Source: a virus
Lineage: Duplodnaviria > Heunggongvirae > Uroviricota > Caudoviricetes
DNA length: 24,063 nucleotides
Direction: 5' to 3' (one strand)
Virus record (IMG/VR): IMGVR_UViG_2657245124_000006
The first letter of the stretch is position 1. Every line of letters starts with the position of its first letter. Positions 17,300 to 24,063 of this stretch are shown here, piece by piece. The notes beneath the pieces were generated by a model, which worked only from the letters and a program-made list of their open reading frames with translations, did no database searches and was not told the DNA's origin. The translations under genes and the position numbers were made by a program.

Positions 17300-17764
17300 A
17301 TGAAGTTTGTTGCGCCAGAACAGGCACCGGAACAGGCGGAAATCATCAGAAATACGCCGTTCTGGCCTGATGTGGACCTGTCGGAGTTTCGCAGTGTGAT
17401 GCGCACTGACGGCACGGTGACGCAGCCGCGTTTAAAGCAGGTTGCGCTGTCGGCAATTTCGGAGGTCAACGCAGAGCTGTATGAGTTTCGCAGACGCCAG
17501 CAGATGCTGGGATATGCCTCGCTGGCAGAGGTTCCGGCGGAACAGCTGGACGGGAAAAGCGAGCGAATTCAGCACTATTTCAACGCGGTTTACTGCTGGG
17601 CTCGCGCCATGCTCAACGAACGTTACCAGGACTATGACGCCACGGCATCCGGTGTGAAGCGGGGCGAGGAACTGGCAGAAGCCAGCGGTGATTTGTGGCG
17701 TGACGCCCGCTGGGCCATCTGCCGGGTACAGGATGCGCCGCACTGCACAGTGGAGCTTATCTGA
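17300..17764 (+). CDS. L: Head completion protein, P2 gpL-like
   Basis: 154 aa from ATG at 17300 (AGGAG ribosome-binding site). The track start at 17237 lacks one. Confidence 0.8.
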   Translation: MKFVAPEQAPEQAEIIRNTPFWPDVDLSEFRSVMRTDGTVTQPRLKQVALSAISEVNAELYEFRRRQQMLGYASLAEVPAEQLDGKSERIQHYFNAVYCWARAMLNERYQDYDATASGVKRGEELAEASGDLWRDARWAICRVQDAPHCTVELI

Positions 17765-17967
17765 TGAAAGTGCGTGCGCATCAGTATGACACGGTGGACG
17801 CGCTTTGCTGGCGTCATTACGGGCGCACGCAGGGTGTCACGGAGCAGGTACTGAAGGCAAATCCGGGGCTTGCCGAATTTGGCCCTTTTTTACCTCACGG
17901 GCTGCAGGTGGAGCTGCCGGACATTCCGACCACCACCACCGTGCAGACCGTCCAGCTATGGGACTGA
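17764..17967 (+). CDS. X: Tail protein X, P2 gpX-like
   Basis: 67 aa, the same length as P2 gpX. 'YGRT.GV.E.VL.ANPGLAE...LPHG..VELPD' is conserved. Confidence 0.85.
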   Translation: MKVRAHQYDTVDALCWRHYGRTQGVTEQVLKANPGLAEFGPFLPHGLQVELPDIPTTTTVQTVQLWD

Positions 17968-17970
17968 ATT

Positions 17971-18186
17971 ATGACGCTTGAGCGAATCAGCGCCTTTATC
18001 ACGTATTGCATCGCCGTTGTGCTGGCCTGGCTGGGCGATTTGTCCATCAAGGATGCCTCAACGCTGGGTGGCCTGATGATTGGTGTGCTGATGCTGGCTA
18101 TCAACTGGTACTACAAACACAAAGCCTACCAGCTTCTGCGCGACGGGCAGATCTCGCGGGAGGACTATGAATCCATCAATCGTTAA
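17971..18186 (+). CDS. Holin, small two-TMD pinholin-like
   Basis: 71 aa with two hydrophobic segments and a charged C-terminus. It sits immediately before, and overlaps, the endolysin gene. Confidence 0.7.
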   Translation: MTLERISAFITYCIAVVLAWLGDLSIKDASTLGGLMIGVLMLAINWYYKHKAYQLLRDGQISREDYESINR

Positions 18187-18679
18187 ACGCTGCCTTGTCG
18201 GGGCCGTGCTGGCTATTGCTGCCACGCTGCCGGGTTTTCAGCAGCTTCACACCTCCGTGGAGGGGCTGAAACTGATTGCCGATTACGAAGGCTGTCGTCT
18301 GCAGCCGTATCAGTGCAGCGCGGGTGTCTGGACCGACGGCATTGGTAATACGTCGGGCGTCATTCCCGGCAAAACTATTACGGAACGACAGGCAGCAGAA
18401 GGGCTGATCTCCAACGTGCTACGTGTGGAGCGGGCGCTGGAAAGGTGTGTGAAGCAACAGCCGCCGCAGAAGGTGTATGACGCTACGGTGTCGTTTGCCT
18501 TCAACGTGGGGACGGGCAATGCCTGCAGTTTCACGCTGGTGAAATTACTCAATCAGCGGCGCTGGGCGGATGCGTGCCGACAATTGCCGCGCTGGGTTTA
18601 TGTAAAAGGTGTTTTTAATCAGGGGCTGGATAACCGCCGTGCGCGGGAGATGGCCTGGTGCTTACAGGGAGCAAACTGA
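18167..18679 (+). CDS. Endolysin, GH24 T4-lysozyme family with N-terminal SAR-like segment
   Basis: 170 aa. 'EGLKLIADYEGCRLQPYQCSAGVWTDGIGNT' matches the T4 lysozyme E..D..T catalytic region. N-terminal 'CLVGAVLAIAATLPG' is a weakly hydrophobic Gly/Ala-rich stretch. Confidence 0.85.
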   Translation: MNPSIVKRCLVGAVLAIAATLPGFQQLHTSVEGLKLIADYEGCRLQPYQCSAGVWTDGIGNTSGVIPGKTITERQAAEGLISNVLRVERALERCVKQQPPQKVYDATVSFAFNVGTGNACSFTLVKLLNQRRWADACRQLPRWVYVKGVFNQGLDNRRAREMAWCLQGAN

Positions 18680-18680
18680 A

Positions 18681-19058
18681 ATGAAAAAGAAATTAATCAG
18701 CGGACTGTTTCTGATGTTATGGATGGCGCTGTTAATCGCAGCAATGGTGTATCCGCAGGGGATTTTTCCGGTCCTGGCAGCGTCCGGTGTTTGGGTAGCC
18801 TGTCTGCTGACATGGGGGGCAATTACGGTAGCACTGGCTGCGTTAATTAAGAATGGCCCGCTCTGGCAGGAGTTAAGGGCATCTTTGCTGAAGACAATTA
18901 CCCGAAAAGAAAACGTATTTATCAGCTGGGTGATGCGATTGCTGATTGTCGTCAGTCTCGCCTGGACGGGGTGGGCTATTACCCTTGTCTTTTATCTACT
19001 GACCGTTATTGCCTTCTGGATCACCCGTAATCAGATGGCGCAACAGGTAGCAGCATGA
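18681..19058 (+). CDS. lysA: LysA-like membrane protein (lysis timing)
   Basis: 125 aa from ATG at 18681 (GGGAG ribosome-binding site); several transmembrane segments; position as P2 lysA. Confidence 0.65.
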   Translation: MKKKLISGLFLMLWMALLIAAMVYPQGIFPVLAASGVWVACLLTWGAITVALAALIKNGPLWQELRASLLKTITRKENVFISWVMRLLIVVSLAWTGWAITLVFYLLTVIAFWITRNQMAQQVAA

Positions 19059-19483
19059 ACCGGTTGCTGCTGGTTGTGCTGGCGTTATTACTGGCGGCGC
19101 TGGGCTGGCAGACGTGGCGGCTGGCTGATGCCAGCCAGACCATCAGCACGCAGGCAGACGAGCTTCGGAGCAAAAGCCAGGCACTGGCAAAGAGCAACAG
19201 CCAGCTTATCAGCCTGTCCATTCTGACTGAAGCCAATAACCGGGAGCAGGCGCGGCTCTATGCCGAAGCAGAACAGACCAGTGTACTGCTGAGACAACGA
19301 CAACACCGGATTGAGGAACTGAAACGTGAGAACGAGGATTTACGCCGCTGGGCTGATACTCCTTTGCCTGCTGATATTATCCGGCTGCGGGAACGCCCCA
19401 CACTCACCAGAGGTGCAGCTTACCGTCAGTGGTTGTCCGCGAGTGACGCCGTGTCGGCTGGGGCAGGCAGCGCCGCGCACTAA
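19055..19483 (+). CDS. lysB: LysB, Rz-like inner-membrane spanin
   Basis: 142 aa with N-terminal transmembrane anchor 'LLLVVLALLLAALGW' and a charged coiled-coil-like remainder. Confidence 0.75.
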   Translation: MNRLLLVVLALLLAALGWQTWRLADASQTISTQADELRSKSQALAKSNSQLISLSILTEANNREQARLYAEAEQTSVLLRQRQHRIEELKRENEDLRRWADTPLPADIIRLRERPTLTRGAAYRQWLSASDAVSAGAGSAAH

Positions 19484-19616
19484 CGGTGACCTGAACGCGT
19501 TGCTGGATGAAACGGAGGCCGCCTGGGCGGTCTGTGCAGACAAAGTGGACATGATTATTGCGTGTCAGGAGCGAAACAGTGAACAAACCAAAATCCCTGC
19601 GCCACGCCCTCAATAA
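19326..19616 (+). CDS. lysC: LysC, Rz1-like outer-membrane lipoprotein spanin
   Basis: 96 aa in an alternate frame, starting inside lysB (GTG at 19326). Lipobox 'LLILSGC'. Confidence 0.7.
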   Translation: MRTRIYAAGLILLCLLILSGCGNAPHSPEVQLTVSGCPRVTPCRLGQAAPRTNGDLNALLDETEAAWAVCADKVDMIIACQERNSEQTKIPAPRPQ

Positions 19617-20010
19617 AGCGGTGCCTTATGTCCGCAATAACCCGGACAAACTGCATCTGTTTGTGGATAACGGTTCGCTGGTTGCCACGGGGGCCTGCTC
19701 CATGTCATGGGAGTACCGCTATACCCTGAACGTGGTGATAGAGGATTTCAGCGGCGACCAAAATCTGCTGATGGCCCCGGTTTTACTGTGGCTTCGGGAT
19801 AACCAGCCCGATGCCATCAATAACCCGGCGTTACGGGAAAAGCTATTCACCTTTGAGGTGGATATTTTGCGCAACGATGTCTGTGATATCAGCCTTAACC
19901 TGCAACTGACGGAACGTGTGCTGGTCAGTACTGACGGCAGTGTGTCGAGCGTTGAAGCTGTAGCAGAACCCGATGAATCTGAAGAAATGTGGACGGTGAA
20001 ACGTGGCTGA
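19579..20010 (+). CDS. R: Tail completion protein, P2 gpR-like
   Basis: About 143 aa from GTG at 19579, which has an AGGAG ribosome-binding site 8 nt upstream. Track start at 19558 is TTG. Confidence 0.78.
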   Translation: MNKPKSLRHALNKAVPYVRNNPDKLHLFVDNGSLVATGACSMSWEYRYTLNVVIEDFSGDQNLLMAPVLLWLRDNQPDAINNPALREKLFTFEVDILRNDVCDISLNLQLTERVLVSTDGSVSSVEAVAEPDESEEMWTVKRG

Positions 20011-20449
20011 ACTGCAGAAGGTGGACGACTGGCTGAGTGCCTTGCTGGCGAATCTGGAACCAGTCACGAGAAGCCGCATGATGCGCCAGCTGGCGCAGGA
20101 ACTGCGCCGGACACAGCAGCAGAATATCAGGATGCAGCGCAATCCAGATGGCAGCAGTTATGAACCGCGCAGGGTAACAGCACGCAGCAAAAAAGGCCGC
20201 ATCAAACGTCAGATGTTTGCAAAGCTGCGCACCACAAAATACCTGAAAACTACCGCCAGCGCCGGCTCTGCCAGCGTACAGTTTGAAGGCAAGGTGCAGC
20301 GTATTGCCCGTGTTCACCATTACGGCCTGCGTGATCGCGTCAGTCGCAAAGGACCGGAGGTCCGTTACGCAGAGCGCCGCCTGCTGGGTGTAAATGATGA
20401 TGTTGAGGCAATGACCCGCGACATGATTCTGCAATGGCTGGCGGGGTGA
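20003..20449 (+). CDS. S: Tail completion protein, P2 gpS-like
   Basis: 148 aa from GTG at 20003, overlapping the R stop. P2 S is about 150 aa. Confidence 0.78.
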   Translation: MAELQKVDDWLSALLANLEPVTRSRMMRQLAQELRRTQQQNIRMQRNPDGSSYEPRRVTARSKKGRIKRQMFAKLRTTKYLKTTASAGSASVQFEGKVQRIARVHHYGLRDRVSRKGPEVRYAERRLLGVNDDVEAMTRDMILQWLAG

Positions 20450-20453
20450 TCTT

Positions 20454-20471
20454 TGTATCAGCACTGATACA
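20454..20471. promoter_or_regulatory. Late-promoter activator site (TGT-N12-ACA) upstream of V
   Basis: TGTATCAGCACTGATACA is a perfect 9-bp-arm palindrome in the S-V gap, where the P2 late promoter P_V is expected. Confidence 0.5.
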
Positions 20472-20517
20472 AGTTGCAGCACTGCCGCCTTTCTTCCCCT
20501 GATGGCAACCTTTCCCT

Positions 20518-21096
20518 ATGAACGCACAATTAACCGAAATCATGCGCCTTATCACCAACCTGATCCGCACTGGGGTAGTCACCGAAGTGGACAGGGAAAA
20601 CTGGCTTTGCCGGGTGAAAACGGGCGAGCTTGAAACCAACTGGATCAGCTGGCTGACGCTGCGTGCCGGGAATGCCCGCACATGGTGGCGACCATCGGAA
20701 GGTGAGCAGGTGGTGCTGCTGAGTCTGGGCGGCAATCTGGAAACCGCCTTTGCGTTACCCGCCATCTATTCGAATCAGTTCGCGCCACCGTCGACGTCGG
20801 CGGACGCCTGCGTGACAGAACATCCTGACGGTGGCTGGTTTGAATACGAACCCGCCACCGGGCGCTGGTATATCAGTGGCATCAAATCAATGGTCATTGA
20901 GGCCGCTGACAACATCACCCTGAAAACCAGTGAGTTTGTACTGGAGGCTGACCGCACGCGCATTAACAGCGAAGTGGTGATCAATGGTGGCGTTACCCAG
21001 GGCGGCGGAGCGATGAGTTCTAACGGGATCGTGGTTGATGCGCATCAGCATACTGGCGTCCTGAAAGGCGGCGACACAACCGGAGGCCCGGTATGA
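20518..21096 (+). CDS. V: Baseplate spike protein, P2 gpV-like
   Basis: 192 aa, ATG at 20518, with a Gly-rich C-terminus. Confidence 0.85.
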   Translation: MNAQLTEIMRLITNLIRTGVVTEVDRENWLCRVKTGELETNWISWLTLRAGNARTWWRPSEGEQVVLLSLGGNLETAFALPAIYSNQFAPPSTSADACVTEHPDGGWFEYEPATGRWYISGIKSMVIEAADNITLKTSEFVLEADRTRINSEVVINGGVTQGGGAMSSNGIVVDAHQHTGVLKGGDTTGGPV

Positions 21097-21452
21097 CGCT
21101 TTATAGCGGGATGAACAATACCAGCGGTAAAGCCATTACTGATATTGACCATCTGCGCCAGTCGGTGCGGGACATTCTGCTGACGCCGCAGGGTAGCCGC
21201 ATTGCTCGTCGTGAATATGGTTCCCTGCTGTCGGCACTGATAGACCAGCCACAAAATCCGGCGTTACGCCTGCAGGTCATGTCGGCAGTGTATGTGGCGC
21301 TGAGTCGCTGGGAGTCACGGCTGACGCTGGATTCCATCACCATCAACAGCAATTTTGACGGTTCAATGGTGGTGGCGCTGAGCGGGCGGCGTAATAACGG
21401 TGTGCCTGTTTCCCTTTCCGTATCAACAGGAGCAGAGAATGGCAGTGATTGA
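21093..21452 (+). CDS. W: Baseplate wedge protein, P2 gpW-like
   Basis: 119 aa, ATG at 21093 with GGAGG ribosome-binding site. Confidence 0.85.
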   Translation: MTLYSGMNNTSGKAITDIDHLRQSVRDILLTPQGSRIARREYGSLLSALIDQPQNPALRLQVMSAVYVALSRWESRLTLDSITINSNFDGSMVVALSGRRNNGVPVSLSVSTGAENGSD

Positions 21453-22347
21453 CCTTTCGCAGTTGCCTGCGCCGCAGATTGTGGATGTGCCGGACTTTGA
21501 GACGCTGCTTGCTGAACGCAAGGCAGAATTTGTGGCGCTTCATCCGAAAGATGAGCAGGAAGCAGTAATGCGTACGCTGGAGCTTGAATCTGAACCCGTC
21601 ACTAAATTGTTGCAGGAGAACGCTTACCGTGAATTGCTTCTGCGTCAGCGCATTAACGAAGCCGCGCAGGCGGTGATGGTGGCTTACGCGATTGGCGGAG
21701 ACCTTGACCAAATTGCTGCCAACTACAACGTGAAACGCCTGACGGTGACACCTGCTGATGATGACGCTGTACCGCCTGTTGCGGCTGTGATGGAAAGTGA
21801 TGAAGCGTTACGCCTGCGTGTGCCTGCAGCCTTTGAAGGACTTTCAGTTGCGGGGCCAACTGCAGCTTATGAATTTCATGCCCGAAGCGCCGACGGTCGG
21901 GTGGCGGATGCCAGTGCAACCAGCCCGGCACCTGCAGAGGTGGTGCTGACTGTCCTTAGCCGCGAAGGCGATGGAACTGCAGAAAAAGACCTGCTGGACG
22001 TGGTGGAAAAAGCTCTGAACAGTGAGAACGTCCGCCCGGTGGCTGACCGTCTTACGGTTCGCAGCGCAGAAATCATCCCGTATCGCGTGGAAGCCACCAT
22101 TTTTCTCTATCCGGGACCGGAAGCAGAGCCGGTAATGGCAGCGGCAAAAGCCAGTCTGCAGAAGTACATTGCCAGCCAGACGAGGCTTGGTCGGGATATT
22201 CGCCGTAGCGCCATCTTTGCTGCTCTGCATGTTGAGGGTGTTCAACGTGTGGAACTGGCTTCTCCGCTGGCGGATGTGGTCCTGAACAAAACACAGGCGG
22301 CATCATGTACGCAGTGGAGCGTAACCAACGGAGGAACGGATGAATAG
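21439..22347 (+). CDS. J: Baseplate assembly protein, P2 gpJ-like
   Basis: 302 aa from ATG at 21439 (AGGAG ribosome-binding site), the same length as P2 J. Confidence 0.85.
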   Translation: MAVIDLSQLPAPQIVDVPDFETLLAERKAEFVALHPKDEQEAVMRTLELESEPVTKLLQENAYRELLLRQRINEAAQAVMVAYAIGGDLDQIAANYNVKRLTVTPADDDAVPPVAAVMESDEALRLRVPAAFEGLSVAGPTAAYEFHARSADGRVADASATSPAPAEVVLTVLSREGDGTAEKDLLDVVEKALNSENVRPVADRLTVRSAEIIPYRVEATIFLYPGPEAEPVMAAAKASLQKYIASQTRLGRDIRRSAIFAALHVEGVQRVELASPLADVVLNKTQAASCTQWSVTNGGTDE

Positions 22348-22945
22348 TCTGCTGCCACCGGGTTCAACTTCACTGGAGCGCCGACTGGCGCAAACCTGTA
22401 GCGGGATTTCTGATTTGCAGGTGCCGCTGCGTGACTTGTGGAATCCGGCTACCTGTCCGGTCAGCTTCCTGCCTTATCTCGCCTGGGCGTTCTCTGTGGA
22501 TCGCTGGGACGAGGGCTGGACAGAAAGCGTCAAACGCCAGGTAGTGAAGGATGCTTTTTATATTCATCAGCATAAAGGAACCACCAGTGCCGTGCGGCGG
22601 GTGGTGGAACCGTTCGGATTCCTGATCCGCATTATTGAGTGGTGGCAGACCGGAGAAACACCGGGCACGTTTCGCCTGGATATCGGCGTGCAGGACCAGG
22701 GCATCACTGAAGATACCTATCTGGAACTTGAGCGACTGATAAGCGATGCCAAACCATGTAGCCGCCACATGATCGGCATGTCCATCAATCTGCAGACCAG
22801 CGGCCCGCATTGGGTGGGAGCCGCCAGCTATCTTGGCGAAGAAATCACGATCTATCCGTATATCAACGAAACGATTATTTCCAGTGGCACCGCGCATGAA
22901 GGCGGGGCGGTCCATGTTATTGACACAATGAGAGTGAATCCATGA
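22340..22945 (+). CDS. I: Baseplate/tail protein, P2 gpI-like
   Basis: 201 aa, ATG at 22340 with GGAGGAA ribosome-binding site. Confidence 0.85.
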   Translation: MNSLLPPGSTSLERRLAQTCSGISDLQVPLRDLWNPATCPVSFLPYLAWAFSVDRWDEGWTESVKRQVVKDAFYIHQHKGTTSAVRRVVEPFGFLIRIIEWWQTGETPGTFRLDIGVQDQGITEDTYLELERLISDAKPCSRHMIGMSINLQTSGPHWVGAASYLGEEITIYPYINETIISSGTAHEGGAVHVIDTMRVNP

Positions 22946-24063
22946 GCACAAAATTTTATACCCTGCTGACGGATATTGGCGCGGCGAAACTTGCCAGCGC
23001 CGCCGCGCTCGGTGTGCCGCTAAAAATTACCCATATGGCGGTGGGCGATGGCGGTGGAGTATTGCCAACGCCGGACGCAAAGCAGACGGCACTGGTAAAT
23101 GAGAAACGCCGGGCTACGCTGAATATGCTTTATATCGACCCGCAGAACAGCAGCCAGATTATTGCCGAACAGGTGATCCCTGAAAACGAGGGCGGTTGGT
23201 GGATACGTGAAGTGGGCTTGTTTGATGAGTCCGGGGCATTGATTGCCGTGGGCAACTGCCCGGAAAGCTATAAGCCGCAACTGGCTGAAGGCAGCGGGCG
23301 CACCCAGACCGTGCGCATGGTGCTGATTACCAGCAGTACGGACAATATCACCCTGAAAATCGACCCTGCTGTAGTGCTGGCAACCCGCAAGTATGTGGAT
23401 GACAAGGTACTGGAGCTGAAGGTGTACGTGGATGATCAGATGGCAAAACATCTTGCCGCACCGGACCCGCATTCACAGTACGCGCCAAAAGCCAGCCCGA
23501 CATTTACCGGAACCCCCAAAGCGCCAACGCCAGCGGCGGGGAATAATACCACGCAGGTTGCGACCACTGCGTTTGTACAGGCGGCACTGACGGCCCTTAT
23601 TAATGGTGCGCCAGCCACGCTGGACACGCTGAAAGAAATAGCCGCAGCCATTAACAATGATCCGAATTTCAGTACCACCATTAACAATGCGCTGGCACTA
23701 AAAGCGCCGCTATCGAGTCCGGCACTCACCGGAACGCCAACAGCCCCCACGGCGGCGCAGTCGGTCAACAATACACAGATTGCCACTACGGCTTTTGTGA
23801 AATCGGCGATTGCGGCAATGGTGGGTTCTGCACCTGCGGCACTGGATACACTGAACGAACTGGCGGCGGCGCTGGGGAATGATCCGAACTTTGCCACGAC
23901 AATGCTTAATGCGCTGGCAGGTAAACAACCGCTGGACAATACGCTGACTAATTTGAGTGGAAAGGATGTAGCTGGTCTTCTCGCATACCTTGGTTTGGGA
24001 GATACAAGCGGATACGTGGGACGCTGGGTGAATACCCGGGTTTTCACGTCATCAGGTACGTAC
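22942..24063 (+). CDS. H: Tail fibre protein, P2 gpH-like (partial, runs off the window)
   Basis: ATG at 22942 overlapping the I stop. Open frame to the window end; absent from the ORF track because it has no stop. N-terminus 'MSTKFYTLLTDIGAAKLASAA...MAVGDGGG' is P2 H-like. Confidence 0.85.
   Translation, partial: MSTKFYTLLTDIGAAKLASAAALGVPLKITHMAVGDGGGVLPTPDAKQTALVNEKRRATLNMLYIDPQNSSQIIAEQVIPENEGGWWIREVGLFDESGALIAVGNCPESYKPQLAEGSGRTQTVRMVLITSSTDNITLKIDPAVVLATRKYVDDKVLELKVYVDDQMAKHLAAPDPHSQYAPKASPTFTGTPKAPTPAAGNNTTQVATTAFVQAALTALINGAPATLDTLKEIAAAINNDPNFSTTINNALALKAPLSSPALTGTPTAPTAAQSVNNTQIATTAFVKSAIAAMVGSAPAALDTLNELAAALGNDPNFATTMLNALAGKQPLDNTLTNLSGKDVAGLLAYLGLGDTSGYVGRWVNTRVFTSSGTY
23497..23940 (+). 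repeat. Tandem in-frame repeat, 2 x 222 nt (2 x 74 aa), inside the tail fibre gene
   Basis: 'PTFTGTPKAPT...ATTAFV...GAPATLDTLKEIAAAINNDPNFSTT...' is repeated as 'PALTGTPTAPT...ATTAFV...SAPAALDTLNELAAALGNDPNFATT...'. Confidence 0.8.

Larger units (their letters stand above)
634..24063. mobile_element. P2/186-family temperate prophage, partial (runs off the right edge; left boundary unresolved)
   Basis: Integrase, CI/Apl/CII switch, gpA-like replication protein, then syntenic P2 late genes Q P O N M L X, lysis, R S V W J I H. No att core or tRNA could be identified in 469..633, so the left end is uncertain. Confidence 0.9.

Noticed and set aside
23436-24047. 203-aa Ala-rich ORF on the minus strand
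   Set aside because: It is the antisense frame of the tail fibre gene H, whose Ala/Thr/Pro-rich repeats leave long stop-free antisense frames.
1-24063. CRISPR array or other long non-coding repeat array
   Set aside because: No regularly spaced direct repeats of 25-40 bp with unique spacers were seen anywhere in the window.

Overview
This window is most of a P2/186-family temperate prophage of an enterobacterium, read from the integrase end into the tail-fibre gene. All calls are from reading the sequence and recalled family knowledge; no searches were run. Layout: a Panacea (DUF4065) gene at the left edge; integrase; a small secreted peptide gene directly behind a 186-type CI repressor; the Apl/CII lytic switch; early genes including a TraR/DksA zinc finger, a Dam-type methyltransferase and a gpA-like rolling-circle replication protein; a LexA-boxed two-gene SOS module ending in a DinI homologue; then an AT-rich cargo island (about 8.65-11.7 kb). 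Syntenic P2 late genes follow: Q, P, O, N, M, L, X, lysis cassette, R, S, V, W, J, I and a partial H. The cargo island is the most interesting part. It holds an uncharacterised 176-aa protein, a 520-bp non-coding region with a terminator, a cos-like G-rich motif and repeats, and a self-contained OLD-family ATPase/Toprim gene between the putative cos and portal gene Q. I could not assign the 176-aa protein to any family. ORF-track starts were refined by ribosome-binding sites, since several track starts are TTG/GTG codons.
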